The position numbers and the translations under genes were made by a program. Source: Acidimicrobiales bacterium (lineage in GTDB: Bacteria; Actinomycetota; Acidimicrobiia; Acidimicrobiales; MedAcidi-G1). Taken from it: DNA of 64,000 nucleotides. The stretch is taken from assembly GCA_014237715.1 (NCBI GenBank), contig JAAZZG010000005.1, positions 30,391 to 94,390 of the forward strand, in the 5' to 3' direction. A model generated the notes under the pieces. That model worked only from the letters and a program-made list of their open reading frames with translations. It made no database searches and was not told the DNA's origin. Below, piece by piece: positions 34,711-44,229 of this stretch (position 1 is its first letter; every line of letters begins with the position of its first letter).

Positions 34711-35562
34711 TCAGTCAGCCGGTCGATGGCCGCGCAAGACATCATCACCCATCGCGGCGAGAAACGACGAGAAGTCGGGCCCGGCACGCAGGCCCTGCCC
34801 GCCGTCGACGTTGATGGCCGTCCCGGTGATCCACCGCGACTCGGGGCCGATCAGGAATCGGGCCAGGGCTCCCACATCGGACGGCTCCCCTACCCCGGTC
34901 GTCAACGTTGGGGCCAAGGGCGTGTTGCGAACGTAGGAGGCGAAGACCTCGCTGTCACGGGGTACGAAGTCCATGAGTTCGGTGGCGATGAACCCGGGCC
35001 GGATGGCGTTGCATCGCACCCCCGACGCTCCGAACTCGTCGGCTGCATTACGCATCAGCTCCTCGATCCCCGCCTTGGCTACCGGATAGGCGCCGAAGTG
35101 TGGATGAGTGACGTGTCCAGCGATCGACGACATCCCAACGAACGATCCGCCCCCAGCTTCCACCATCTCGGGAACTGCGTGCTTCAGACAAAGCATGGTG
35201 CCGACCACGTTGAGTCGGAGCACGGCCTCGAAGCCGTCGACTTCCTGGAGGTGGAGTGGGCGTAGTCCGCCGCCGCCCCCGGCGTTAGCCACCACGCCCC
35301 GGAGACTCCCGGCATTGGCGGCCGCAGCCGACACTGCCGCACGTACGTCATCCTCGGAGGTCACGTCGGCCACCACGTGATGCACGCTTCCCCCATGACC
35401 GGTGCGAATCTGGTCGACGGCGTCAACGAGGCGATCCTCAGTCCGCCCACAGATGGTGACGACGGCTCCGTCGGCAGCCAGCGCCTCGGCACAAGCCCGC
35501 CCGATACCCGTGCCACCACCCGTGACCAGTACCCCCATGCCACGAAGCGCTCCGTCAGTCAT
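34711..35562 (-). CDS. Short-chain dehydrogenase/reductase (SDR)
   Basis: ORF 34711..35694 trimmed to MTDGALRGMGVLVTGGGTGIGRA (ATGA overlap with the upstream stop at 35559). YPVAKAG YxxxK motif. Confidence 0.85.
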   Translation of the reverse strand: MTDGALRGMGVLVTGGGTGIGRACAEALAADGAVVTICGRTEDRLVDAVDQIRTGHGGSVHHVVADVTSEDDVRAAVSAAAANAGSLRGVVANAGGGGGLRPLHLQEVDGFEAVLRLNVVGTMLCLKHAVPEMVEAGGGSFVGMSSIAGHVTHPHFGAYPVAKAGIEELMRNAADEFGASGVRCNAIRPGFIATELMDFVPRDSEVFASYVRNTPLAPTLTTGVGEPSDVGALARFLIGPESRWITGTAINVDGGQGLRAGPDFSSFLAAMGDDVLRGHRPAD

Positions 35563-36230
35563 GCGTCTTCCTCCTCGTCGGCATCCTCGGGCGGAGCCAG
35601 CAGGTCGAGGATTCCCGGGTAGCCGGGCACCCGTCGAAGGGCCCGATCGGCCCAGAAGATGGCGGCCATGCTGGCCAGCGTCCCAATCGGCCATCCCACG
35701 AGGAACCGGATCAGCACGTAGCCACTAGCCGACGTCTGGTTGAACAGCCAGATGTCCCAGGCCGACGTCAAGAACTGGTAGCAACCCAGCCCGACGGTGA
35801 GATGGCCCATGACCTGCTGGTAGCGGGGGTGCTCCCGGGTGGCCCGGTCGAAGGGCACCGCCAGATGGGCGTAGCGGACCAAGAACGGACGACCGACCAC
35901 CACGGTGCCGACGAGTGCTAACCCGACGGCTGCCTTGGTGCCGATCCCGATGCCGAAGTACACGGCATCGGAATCCGTGGCAATGCCGACAATGGCCCGC
36001 ACCGCCAGATAGGCCACGAGGATCGGCAGGTAGCGACCGACCTCCTCGCCACGACGGCGACGACCCAACACGACCTTGATGCTCCACAGCGTGGCGCCGG
36101 CCACCCCGGCAGCTAGCCCCCAGGCACGTTCCAGTCCGATGAACAGGGCAACTGGCAGGACCGAGTCGAGGACCCGGTTGCGGTCGGGCCGGATGGGATC
36201 CGGCCGGACCGGTTCAGACGGTGAAGGCAT
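35559..36230 (-). CDS. Integral membrane protein (DUF3159/septation-protein-A-like?), acidic C-tail
   Basis: 223 aa, 5-6 hydrophobic segments, C-terminal PPEDADEEEDA. The family guess is weak. Confidence 0.5.
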   Translation of the reverse strand: MPSPSEPVRPDPIRPDRNRVLDSVLPVALFIGLERAWGLAAGVAGATLWSIKVVLGRRRRGEEVGRYLPILVAYLAVRAIVGIATDSDAVYFGIGIGTKAAVGLALVGTVVVGRPFLVRYAHLAVPFDRATREHPRYQQVMGHLTVGLGCYQFLTSAWDIWLFNQTSASGYVLIRFLVGWPIGTLASMAAIFWADRALRRVPGYPGILDLLAPPEDADEEEDA

Positions 36231-36714
36231 CGCGGGCGGCGGCCGCGCCTAGCCACAGCACACTCTCAGGCACTCGGTCGGCGATCCGCCGGACCTCGGT
36301 GTAGTGGTGGTGGTGCGATACCTCGGCGAACAGGCTCCGTCGTTCGTCGAGCTGGTCGCCGGTGGGCGCCTCGTCAAGGAACCCGAAGATCGAGAAGGCC
36401 AGCTCGAGATCACCGACCATGGGGGCACGACCGAACAGCGCGGCCCGCTTCAGCGCGACGCCCACGCAACCGACGACCACGTCAGCGGCACGCTCGCCGT
36501 AACCCAGCTGGAGGCGGGCCGTGAAGCCCCGGGCCAGACGAAGGGCGTAGCCCTGATCGGGGCCCGGGTTGCCCAGACGCTCACCACGCGGTTGACCACC
36601 CACGACCTCACCCGGTCGATCGGCGTGCCACGCACCTAGGCGACGGCGCGGTCCCGAATAGGCCCAACTGGTAGGCCGGACGACGGGCTGTGGGACGTAA
36701 GAGGGTGCGGCCAT
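36214..36714 (-). CDS. Hypothetical protein (166 aa)
   Basis: ORF on the same strand and in the same run as its neighbours, overlapping the next gene by 17 nt. Contains EVSHHHHYTEV. No family recognised. Confidence 0.45.
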   Translation of the reverse strand: MAAPSYVPQPVVRPTSWAYSGPRRRLGAWHADRPGEVVGGQPRGERLGNPGPDQGYALRLARGFTARLQLGYGERAADVVVGCVGVALKRAALFGRAPMVGDLELAFSIFGFLDEAPTGDQLDERRSLFAEVSHHHHYTEVRRIADRVPESVLWLGAAAARDAFTV

Positions 36715-36732
36715 GGATTCAGGCTACGGGGC

Positions 36733-37581
36733 CTATCCCCCCAGAGGGCCGGCCGGCAGCCACACCCAGCCGAGCGTCGCCCTCGTACCCAGAGCGTCAT
36801 AGTCGTCATCGCCCTCGAAGCGGACCGGGGTGGTCGAATCGTCGAGTATCCGGACGTGTCGAACGGGTGCATCAGTCGTGGCCGCCAGCACCTCGTCGAC
36901 CGTCCGCCAAGAGGCCAAGCGTTGGAACATAGCGATCGTCGGACTGATCATCGTGAGTTCGCCCGCCTCCCAACGCTCCAGCGCGTCGGCCGGTCGGCAC
37001 CACTCGGCGTGTACGGCCTCACGGCCATCGACCACAGGTCGGGACCCGGCCGGCACCCGGGCCACGAAGAACGCCGTGTCATAGCGTTTGATGCTGGGCA
37101 TGGGCGTCACCCAGCGGGCGACCGGATGGATGCCCGACAGGTCCAAGTGGGCACCCGCCGCGGAGACGAGGTCGGCCAGCGACACCGCACCCGACTCCAG
37201 GTCGTGGCGGCGGGCCACCAGATCGGCAGCCACTTCCTCGTCGGCGATGCCGACGGCCACCCCGATCTCCTCGATCGTCTCGCGCACCACGGCGATCCGG
37301 TACGAGAGGGGATCGTCCATGCCTGGCAGTGCTCCCACAGCACCCGAGGACAGGTCCCCCCACCGGGCATCGTGGTCGCCGTCGTCCACCGCTCCCCCGG
37401 GGAACAACGTGTACCCGGCCACGAACGTCGAGGCGTCGGTACGACGCAGCGCGAGCACGTGCAGATCGGGGCGGTCGTCGAGCAGCACCACGGTGGCCGC
37501 CGATCGGATCGGCACGTCATCGGTGGGAATCTCGTCACGGTGCGGGCCGGCTGACCCCTGCTCCGATCCTCCGCGGCCCAC
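36733..37581 (-). CDS. NUDIX hydrolase
   Basis: 282 aa. LFPGGAVDDGD...YRIAVVRETIEEIGV is a Nudix-box-like RE..EE.G segment. Confidence 0.7.
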   Translation of the reverse strand: MGRGGSEQGSAGPHRDEIPTDDVPIRSAATVVLLDDRPDLHVLALRRTDASTFVAGYTLFPGGAVDDGDHDARWGDLSSGAVGALPGMDDPLSYRIAVVRETIEEIGVAVGIADEEVAADLVARRHDLESGAVSLADLVSAAGAHLDLSGIHPVARWVTPMPSIKRYDTAFFVARVPAGSRPVVDGREAVHAEWCRPADALERWEAGELTMISPTIAMFQRLASWRTVDEVLAATTDAPVRHVRILDDSTTPVRFEGDDDYDALGTRATLGWVWLPAGPLGG

Positions 37582-37604
37582 CCGCCGATCCTAGGGTCGG
37601 ACCG

Positions 37605-38876
37605 ATGTCCGACGACCAGACCGCCGACCGGGCCGAATCACTGGCCAAACCACCGTCGAGGCCCGTGCCGGCCGACCTGCTGGCCGGACTGAGCGTGGCC
37701 ATGGTGCTGGTCCCCCAGTCCATGGCGTACGCAGAACTGGCCGGCCTGCCATCCCATCTCGGCCTGTTCGCCTCGGCTCTGCCGCCCATAATGGCTGCCT
37801 TCTTCGCCTCGTCGCCGTACCTGCAGACCGGTCCGGTGGCCCTGACTAGCCTCTTGACCTTTGGTGCCCTGGCTGGTCTGGCCGAGGTCGGCACTCCCGA
37901 CTACGTGGCCATGGCCGCCCTGCTCGCCCTGCTGGTCGGGGTATCCCGGCTACTCCTCGGAGTATTCCGACTCGGGGTGGTGACGTACCTCATGCGTGAT
38001 CCCGTCGTCACCGGGTTCACCTCGGCGGCCGCCATCCTCATCCTCGCCTCGCAGCTCCCCAAGGCACTCGGGGCGGCCGCCCCCGCCGGCGGCGTGCTGT
38101 GGCGGGCCGGCTGGTCGTTGGGCCACGTCGACCAATGGGAGGTTGCCTCGGTGGTGATCGCCGCGATCACCGTGCTGCTGGTACTGGCCGGTCGACAGGT
38201 CATCCACCGCCTGTTCCCCGGCGCCCTGCTGGCCGTCGTCGGAGGAGTGGTGATCAGTCGGATCGTCGACTACGCCGGACCGGTGGTCGGCCAGGTGCCG
38301 ACCGGGCTGCCCGACCTCTCGCTGGACCTTCCTTGGGGATCCACCGGCACCCTCCTTGTCGGCGGCGTGCTCATCGCGCTAGTCGGCTACGCCGAGCCGG
38401 CGTCCATTGCCCGGGTGTTCGCCGAAGAGGATGGACAGCGGTGGAGCGCCGATCGGGAGTTCGTGAGTCAGGGCGTGGCCAACGTGGCTGCAGCGGTGTC
38501 CGGCGCCTTCCCGGTGGGCGGATCGTTCAGCCGCTCGTCGCTGAACCGCCTGACTGGGGCACAGACGAGGTGGTCGGGTCTGGTCACCGGGGCCGCCGTG
38601 CTGGCCTTCCTGCCGTTCGCCGACGTGCTCGCTCCGCTACCCCAGGCCACCCTCGGTGGAGTGGTGATCGCCGCGGTGGTGGGGCTCGTCCGACCGGTGG
38701 CCCTCGTCTCCATGGTCCGTCGATCACCGGCCGCTGCCCTGGTGGCGTGGTCCACCTTCTTCGCCACGTTGGCGTTGGCCCCTCGAGTTGAACAGGGCGT
38801 GCTGGTGGGGATCCTGCTCTCGCTCGCCGTGGGCCTACGGACCCGCCGGACAACCAGACGACCTGAGGTCCGATAA
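37605..38876 (+). CDS. SulP-family anion transporter, membrane domain only (no STAS domain)
   Basis: ORF 37329..38876 trimmed to MSDDQTADRAE (423 aa). AGLSVAMVLVPQSMAYAELAGLP is the SulP signature region. The protein ends right after the last TM segment. Confidence 0.8.
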   Translation: MSDDQTADRAESLAKPPSRPVPADLLAGLSVAMVLVPQSMAYAELAGLPSHLGLFASALPPIMAAFFASSPYLQTGPVALTSLLTFGALAGLAEVGTPDYVAMAALLALLVGVSRLLLGVFRLGVVTYLMRDPVVTGFTSAAAILILASQLPKALGAAAPAGGVLWRAGWSLGHVDQWEVASVVIAAITVLLVLAGRQVIHRLFPGALLAVVGGVVISRIVDYAGPVVGQVPTGLPDLSLDLPWGSTGTLLVGGVLIALVGYAEPASIARVFAEEDGQRWSADREFVSQGVANVAAAVSGAFPVGGSFSRSSLNRLTGAQTRWSGLVTGAAVLAFLPFADVLAPLPQATLGGVVIAAVVGLVRPVALVSMVRRSPAAALVAWSTFFATLALAPRVEQGVLVGILLSLAVGLRTRRTTRRPEVR

Positions 38877-38907
38877 CCAAAACCCGGGAACCAACCTCCA
38901 GCCCCGG

Positions 38908-39531
38908 CTACAACCACGCCTCAACGAGGGTGGCCACGTCGGTCAGCGTCGAGATGTAAGCCAATGTGTGCTCCAGCACCTGTTCGCCGTAGCCGGGCAT
39001 CGTGGCCACTGACCCGTCGGCCGGGACCACCACCTGGAAGCCTTCGTTGACCAGGTCGAACACCGCGTTGGGGATGGCCACGTTGAGGCTCACTCCAACC
39101 ACCACCACGGTCGTCACGCCCTCGTTTCCGAGCATGGGTGCCAACCCGGTGCCGGCCACCGGCGACAGCCCGTGGAACCGGGGCACGATGACGTCGACCC
39201 CCTCGACGAAACCGATCTCAGCAGCCGGCTCGACCGCCTCGGTGCCCACGTACTGCTGCACCTCGGCCCGACGACCAGCGGCGAACAGGCGGGAGTTCCG
39301 GTTGCCACCCCACAGGTCGGGGTGGGCGTGGAAGGTGCAGTGCACGACTCGTACCCCCGCCGATCGGGCAGCACCGGCCAGGACCGCCAGACGGGGCAGG
39401 AGCCCGGAGGCAGCCACCGCATCAGCCACCGCGGGCATGTTTGACGCCTCGCCCACCACACCGTTCTGGCACTCGACCACGCACAGGGCGGTGTGGGCGG
39501 GATCCACCAGATCCCGAAGATCCATGCCCAT
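38908..39531 (-). CDS. Isochorismatase-family cysteine hydrolase
   Basis: ORF 38908..39618 trimmed to MGMDLRDLVDPAHTALCVVECQNG (GGGAGGA 6 nt upstream). VVVVGVSLNVAIPN block. Confidence 0.75.
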   Translation of the reverse strand: MGMDLRDLVDPAHTALCVVECQNGVVGEASNMPAVADAVAASGLLPRLAVLAGAARSAGVRVVHCTFHAHPDLWGGNRNSRLFAAGRRAEVQQYVGTEAVEPAAEIGFVEGVDVIVPRFHGLSPVAGTGLAPMLGNEGVTTVVVVGVSLNVAIPNAVFDLVNEGFQVVVPADGSVATMPGYGEQVLEHTLAYISTLTDVATLVEAWL

Positions 39532-39562
39532 GACCGATCCTCCCATCCCCGGCCTCGCCGGG

Positions 39563-41926
39563 CTATTCGAACTTGGTGCCGGCCTCGCGCAGGACGTCCA
39601 GCCAGCGGGCACCCGCATCGGGTGCCTCCTCTCCGGGACGGTAGGTCACGCCGTCGAGCGAGCCCGTCCAGGCGAAGGTTCCGAATCGTTCCCGGATGGC
39701 CCACGAGACCGGCGACTTCCGGTCGATGCCCACGTCGATGCCCTGGAAGGGGGCCATGGCGGTCAGCACCGGAAGGTCACGGGCACCACCCACTACCTCA
39801 CCGTCGACCCGCAACTCAACGTCGAGCTTCAGGTCGCCCAATGCCTCCACGGCCAGCACCACGGAGGCCGCTCCAGCAGTGAGCAATCCACCGTCTACTT
39901 CAGCCATCGAGCCGTAGCCGTTCCACGCCAACATCAGCTGGTCGTCAACCACGTAGAGGGCGTACCCGCCGCCCTGATCACCGTGGGCCACCAACGTGCC
40001 CCGGTCGCCCGTCGCAAAGTCCAACGACACCTCGACCTCGAAGGACCGGAAGTTGATGAGGGCGAGGGACCGGTACCGCTCCGTCGTCGGTCTGCCCGGC
40101 CTGAAGGTCGTCTCGACCACGGTGTCGGCGTCCCATGGGGGTCGCATCAGGTTCTTGACGTTGTTTCCCTCGTCGAGAGGAAACACCTGGTTGGCCCATG
40201 CCGCGTCCTCCCAGGCGGCCACTAGCTCGGCCAGCTTCTCGGGATGCTCGTCGGCCAGATCCCGTGACTCGGTGGGATCCTCGTCCAAGTGGTGGAGCTC
40301 CCACTGCTCGGTCGAGAACGGGGTTCGGACCTGACGGCACGTCACCGCGGACCAGCCGTCCCGGTAGAAGCCCCGGTGCCCCATCTGCTCGTAGTACTGC
40401 TCGGGGTGGGTGCTGTCGACCCCGGGATCATCCAGGGATCCCGCGAAACTGGAACCGGCGGCCGGCGGAACCCGTGCCCCGTGCTTCGTGGTGGGCATGG
40501 CCACCCCGACCAGGTCCAGCACGGTGGGCAGCAGATCGGTGACGTGCTGGTACTGGCGACGGATCCCACCGGCGCCAGCCAGGCCAGCGCCCTTCGAGAT
40601 GATGAACGGCACCTGGTGGCCACCCTGGTGGGTGTTGATCTTGTAGAGCCGGAACGGGGTTCCCGACACCATGGCCCAACCCGACGGGTAGTGGGCCAGG
40701 GCCTGCGGGCCACCTAGCAGGTCCATGCGGGAATGGTCCAGTTCCACCGAATCCAGGGGGTTGGGTCGGGTCTGGCCGAGGAGGGTCCGGAAGTAGGCGG
40801 ACGTGCCGTTGTCTAGACCCTCCCGGCTGCCGCCGTTGTCCGACGTGAACACCACCACGGTGTTGTCCCACTCCCCCATGGCTTCCAGTCCGTCACGGAG
40901 GCGCCCGAGGTTCTGATCGACGTTGTCGACCATGGCGGCGAACACCTCCTGGTACCGGGCGAAGACCTCCTTCTCGGTGACCGTCAGATCGTCCCATGCC
41001 CGGACCGCGTAGTTCTCCTCGGTGTTTCGGGGAGGCAGCACGACGTCGTCATCGAAGATGCCCATGGCTTTTTGTCGGTCGAAGCGGAGTCGTCGCACCT
41101 CGTCCCAGCCGGCCTCGTACCGGCCTCGGTACTTCTCTAGGTCGCCGGGTCGAGCCTGCAGCGGGGCGTGAACGGCGCCGTGGGAGAAGTAGAGGAACCA
41201 CGGCTTCGTGGGGTGCCCGTCGCGGACCTCGCCGACCATGTTCAGCGCCCGGTCGGTGAGATCGTCGGTGAAGTAGTAGTCGTCGGGGAAGTCGTCGACG
41301 TCCAGCGCGTGGTTGTCCTCGTAGAGGCGATGCGGCTGATGGAAGTTCGTGAACCCGTCGAGGATTCCGTAGAAGCGGTCGAACCCGGTCTGGAGCGGCC
41401 ACCCGTCCTTCGGGCCGGCCTCGGTGAGTTGGCTGTCTGGGCAGAGGTGCCACTTGCCGACCATGAGGCTCGACCAGCCTGCGTCGCGCAGCACCTCTCC
41501 CATGGTTACCGCATCGCTGCGGATAGACGCCGCGTACCCGGGGAAGCCGGGCTCCATGTGGCAGACCGTGCCCACTCCGGCCAGATGGTGGTTCAGCCCG
41601 GTCAGCAACGACGCCCGGGTCGGCGAGCACATCGGGTTGACGTGGAAGTTCACGTACCGAAGGCCCTCGTCGGCCAGACGGTCGACGTTCGGCGTGTCGA
41701 TCTCCGAACCGAAGCAGCCGACATCGCTAAAACCCAGGTCGTCGACCAGGACCACAAGCACGTTGGGGGCACCGTCGGGGGCGTTGGGCGGTTGGGTCCA
41801 CGCAGGGGTCGATGTGGACATGATGCGGCCCACCTCACCCCTAAATCCGTCGTAGGAAAATCCCTCGTAGGCCCTCGGACCCACCGGATGGTTGCTGGTC
41901 ATGTCCCTCCCGAAATCAGTCATCAC
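39563..41926 (-). CDS. Arylsulfatase, AtsA-like (Cys-type, large 787-aa form), no signal peptide
   Basis: LVVLVDDLGFSDVG metal site and the formylglycine motif CSPTRASLLTG. Has the long C-terminal extension seen in mycobacterial AtsA-size proteins. Confidence 0.85.
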   Translation of the reverse strand: MMTDFGRDMTSNHPVGPRAYEGFSYDGFRGEVGRIMSTSTPAWTQPPNAPDGAPNVLVVLVDDLGFSDVGCFGSEIDTPNVDRLADEGLRYVNFHVNPMCSPTRASLLTGLNHHLAGVGTVCHMEPGFPGYAASIRSDAVTMGEVLRDAGWSSLMVGKWHLCPDSQLTEAGPKDGWPLQTGFDRFYGILDGFTNFHQPHRLYEDNHALDVDDFPDDYYFTDDLTDRALNMVGEVRDGHPTKPWFLYFSHGAVHAPLQARPGDLEKYRGRYEAGWDEVRRLRFDRQKAMGIFDDDVVLPPRNTEENYAVRAWDDLTVTEKEVFARYQEVFAAMVDNVDQNLGRLRDGLEAMGEWDNTVVVFTSDNGGSREGLDNGTSAYFRTLLGQTRPNPLDSVELDHSRMDLLGGPQALAHYPSGWAMVSGTPFRLYKINTHQGGHQVPFIISKGAGLAGAGGIRRQYQHVTDLLPTVLDLVGVAMPTTKHGARVPPAAGSSFAGSLDDPGVDSTHPEQYYEQMGHRGFYRDGWSAVTCRQVRTPFSTEQWELHHLDEDPTESRDLADEHPEKLAELVAAWEDAAWANQVFPLDEGNNVKNLMRPPWDADTVVETTFRPGRPTTERYRSLALINFRSFEVEVSLDFATGDRGTLVAHGDQGGGYALYVVDDQLMLAWNGYGSMAEVDGGLLTAGAASVVLAVEALGDLKLDVELRVDGEVVGGARDLPVLTAMAPFQGIDVGIDRKSPVSWAIRERFGTFAWTGSLDGVTYRPGEEAPDAGARWLDVLREAGTKFE

Positions 41927-41932
41927 GGGGCA

Positions 41933-43234
41933 TCAGGTCGGGTCCGAACCTACCGGCCGACCACTGAATCGTCGGAGCCGGGCGGTCGGGACCAGCAGCG
42001 CCACACAGACCACGGCCACCAGTCCGAACGCCCCGGCGAAACCTGCTGACGAGTCGGCCACGGCACCCAGCACGAACGGTCCGGCGAACCCACCGATCTC
42101 GGCCACCGCGAACCACAGCCCGTAGGCCACCCCGGTGTTGGCCGGAGTCACCGACTCCGACTCCATGAGTCCGATCAGAATGAGCGGAACCAGTGCCGAC
42201 CGCAGCCCCGCGACGGCCACCGGCAGCGGATCCAGAGACGTGGGTAAGACCAGCAGGGCCACGAGGGCAACGGCGATCAGGAGGAACATGGCCGCCATGG
42301 TGTTCGGCATCCGACTCCGCTCGGTACGACGCGGTACGAGGAGGGAGGCCAGTACGCCTATCAGCCCGCCGAGGGCCGCCCAGTTGGCGGCCGCCATGGC
42401 CGAGAACCCGCTGTGCTCCCGGAGCGCCTCGGGCATCCACCCACCGAGGCCGTGACCCACGAAAAACACACCGAGACCGAGAACCAGCACAGTACGGACT
42501 TCGGGATCGGCCAGCAGAACCCGTCGACCCGCCGCACCGGCCACGTCGGCTGGGGCCACCCGGATCGGCGCCTCGGGCGCCCGGCTGGACACGACCAACC
42601 ACGCGGTGGCGGCCACCACGACGACGCCCGTCTCGATCAGCACCGTGGTGCGCCACGACCCGGTGAGCGGCATGAACACCGAGTTGGAGAGCACCAGCGT
42701 GGCCATGCCACCAATGGCCGGCATGGTGCTGTAGGTGCCGATGGCCAACCGGCGTTCTCGCTCCTCGCCGAACCACAGGCCGACCGCCTTGGGTGCACCG
42801 GCCGAGATGAGTGGACCACCAATGCCGAACAGGGCAATGGCCAGCAGGAACGTTCCCAAGCCGCCGGCCGCCGCCCGGGCCACGCCGCTGATCGCCACCA
42901 CCGAGGCCCCCAGCAGCACCCCCCGGTGGATGCCCAGTCGATCTAGAAGACGCCCGCCGATCGGTGCACTCACGATGTAGACGAGCTGCCAGGCGCCCAG
43001 CGCCAGACCCATGGCGCCACGGCTCAGGTCGAGATCAGCCCGCACCTCGCCGACCAGCGGCGGAATCGACATGGCTACCACCCCGAAGGCGAAGTAGACG
43101 CCGCACACTCCGCTGAACAGCACCCACCGGTAGGGATGTCGATGCCGGGAAGGATCGGAGACATCGTGCACCGGCTGATGGTCCCATGCGTTACCTCCCG
43201 GGCTCCGACTGGGCTCCGATCCCAGCGCGGACAC
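41933..43234 (-). CDS. MFS transporter
   Basis: 433 aa, about 12 TM, with a GGRLLDRLG loop 2-3 motif. Its stop lies 7 nt before the sulfatase start. Confidence 0.8.
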   Translation of the reverse strand: MSALGSEPSRSPGGNAWDHQPVHDVSDPSRHRHPYRWVLFSGVCGVYFAFGVVAMSIPPLVGEVRADLDLSRGAMGLALGAWQLVYIVSAPIGGRLLDRLGIHRGVLLGASVVAISGVARAAAGGLGTFLLAIALFGIGGPLISAGAPKAVGLWFGEERERRLAIGTYSTMPAIGGMATLVLSNSVFMPLTGSWRTTVLIETGVVVVAATAWLVVSSRAPEAPIRVAPADVAGAAGRRVLLADPEVRTVLVLGLGVFFVGHGLGGWMPEALREHSGFSAMAAANWAALGGLIGVLASLLVPRRTERSRMPNTMAAMFLLIAVALVALLVLPTSLDPLPVAVAGLRSALVPLILIGLMESESVTPANTGVAYGLWFAVAEIGGFAGPFVLGAVADSSAGFAGAFGLVAVVCVALLVPTARLRRFSGRPVGSDPT

Positions 43235-43275
43235 CCGGTCACTGATCAGAGGCCGTCATCTGCGAACCTGTCCCA

Positions 43276-44220
43276 GTGACACCCGACCCGACCGAACTAC
43301 GTTGGACGGCCGACGACCAGTTGCTCGACGAGTTGGACCGCCCGATCCTCGTGGTGGCATTCCGCGGGCTGTTCAACGCCGCCGGATCGGCTACCTCAGC
43401 CGTCGAATGGCTGATCGAACGCCTGGACAGCGCCGAAGTGGGCGACGTCGACCCCGAGACCTTCTTCGACTTCACCCAGGCGCGGCCGATCGTCGAGTTC
43501 GACGACGGCGGCGCCCGACGGGTCCGCTGGCCATCCAACCGAGTGTTGGTCGTCCGTACCCCGGAGGGCCAACGGGACCTGGTGCTGGTGGCCGGCGTAG
43601 AGCCTCACCTTCGGTGGCGGACGTTCACCGAGGCGCTCCGGGCCGCAGCGACCCGCACGGGATCCCAGCTGGTGGTCACCCTCGGATCGATGAGCGGCAT
43701 GTCGCCCCACACCCGCCCCCCGGCGGTCACCGGGAGCAGCACCAACCAGAACCTGGCTGACCGCCTGGGCCTCGACCGACCCTCCTACCAGGGACCGACC
43801 GGCGTGGTCGGCGTCCTGCACGACACCCTGGACCGGGCCGGCGTGCCGGTCATCTCGCTGCGCGTGTCGGTGCCCTACTACCTCCCGGACTCACCCAACC
43901 CAAAGGCCACCCGCGCCCTACTCCGACGCTTCGAGCAGGTCAGCGGGGTGGACACCGCATTCGCCGACCTGGACGGTCCGGCATCGGAATGGCAGGTCCG
44001 GGTCGATCAGGCAGTGGCCGGCGACGGCGAGGTCACCGCCCACGTGCGACGTCTCGAGACCCAGGTCGACCAGAGCGAGGACCTGATGCCCCGGGGCGAT
44101 GACCTGGCAGCCGAGTTGGAGGCCTTCCTGCGCGACCAGGACCAACGGGTCGACCGGGAGGGCGGGTTGGCCAACGAGGCCGCAGACGAGGACGAGGCCG
44201 CGGACTCCGACGAGGACTGA
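43276..44220 (+). CDS. PAC2 (proteasome assembly chaperone 2-like) family protein
   Basis: 314 aa, GTG start. RPILVVAFRGLFNAAGSATSAVEWL...LVLVAGVEPHLRW...PTGVVGVLHD is the actinobacterial PAC2 pattern. Acidic C-tail. Confidence 0.7.
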   Translation: MTPDPTELRWTADDQLLDELDRPILVVAFRGLFNAAGSATSAVEWLIERLDSAEVGDVDPETFFDFTQARPIVEFDDGGARRVRWPSNRVLVVRTPEGQRDLVLVAGVEPHLRWRTFTEALRAAATRTGSQLVVTLGSMSGMSPHTRPPAVTGSSTNQNLADRLGLDRPSYQGPTGVVGVLHDTLDRAGVPVISLRVSVPYYLPDSPNPKATRALLRRFEQVSGVDTAFADLDGPASEWQVRVDQAVAGDGEVTAHVRRLETQVDQSEDLMPRGDDLAAELEAFLRDQDQRVDREGGLANEAADEDEAADSDED

Positions 44221-44229
44221 ACCGGTCCG

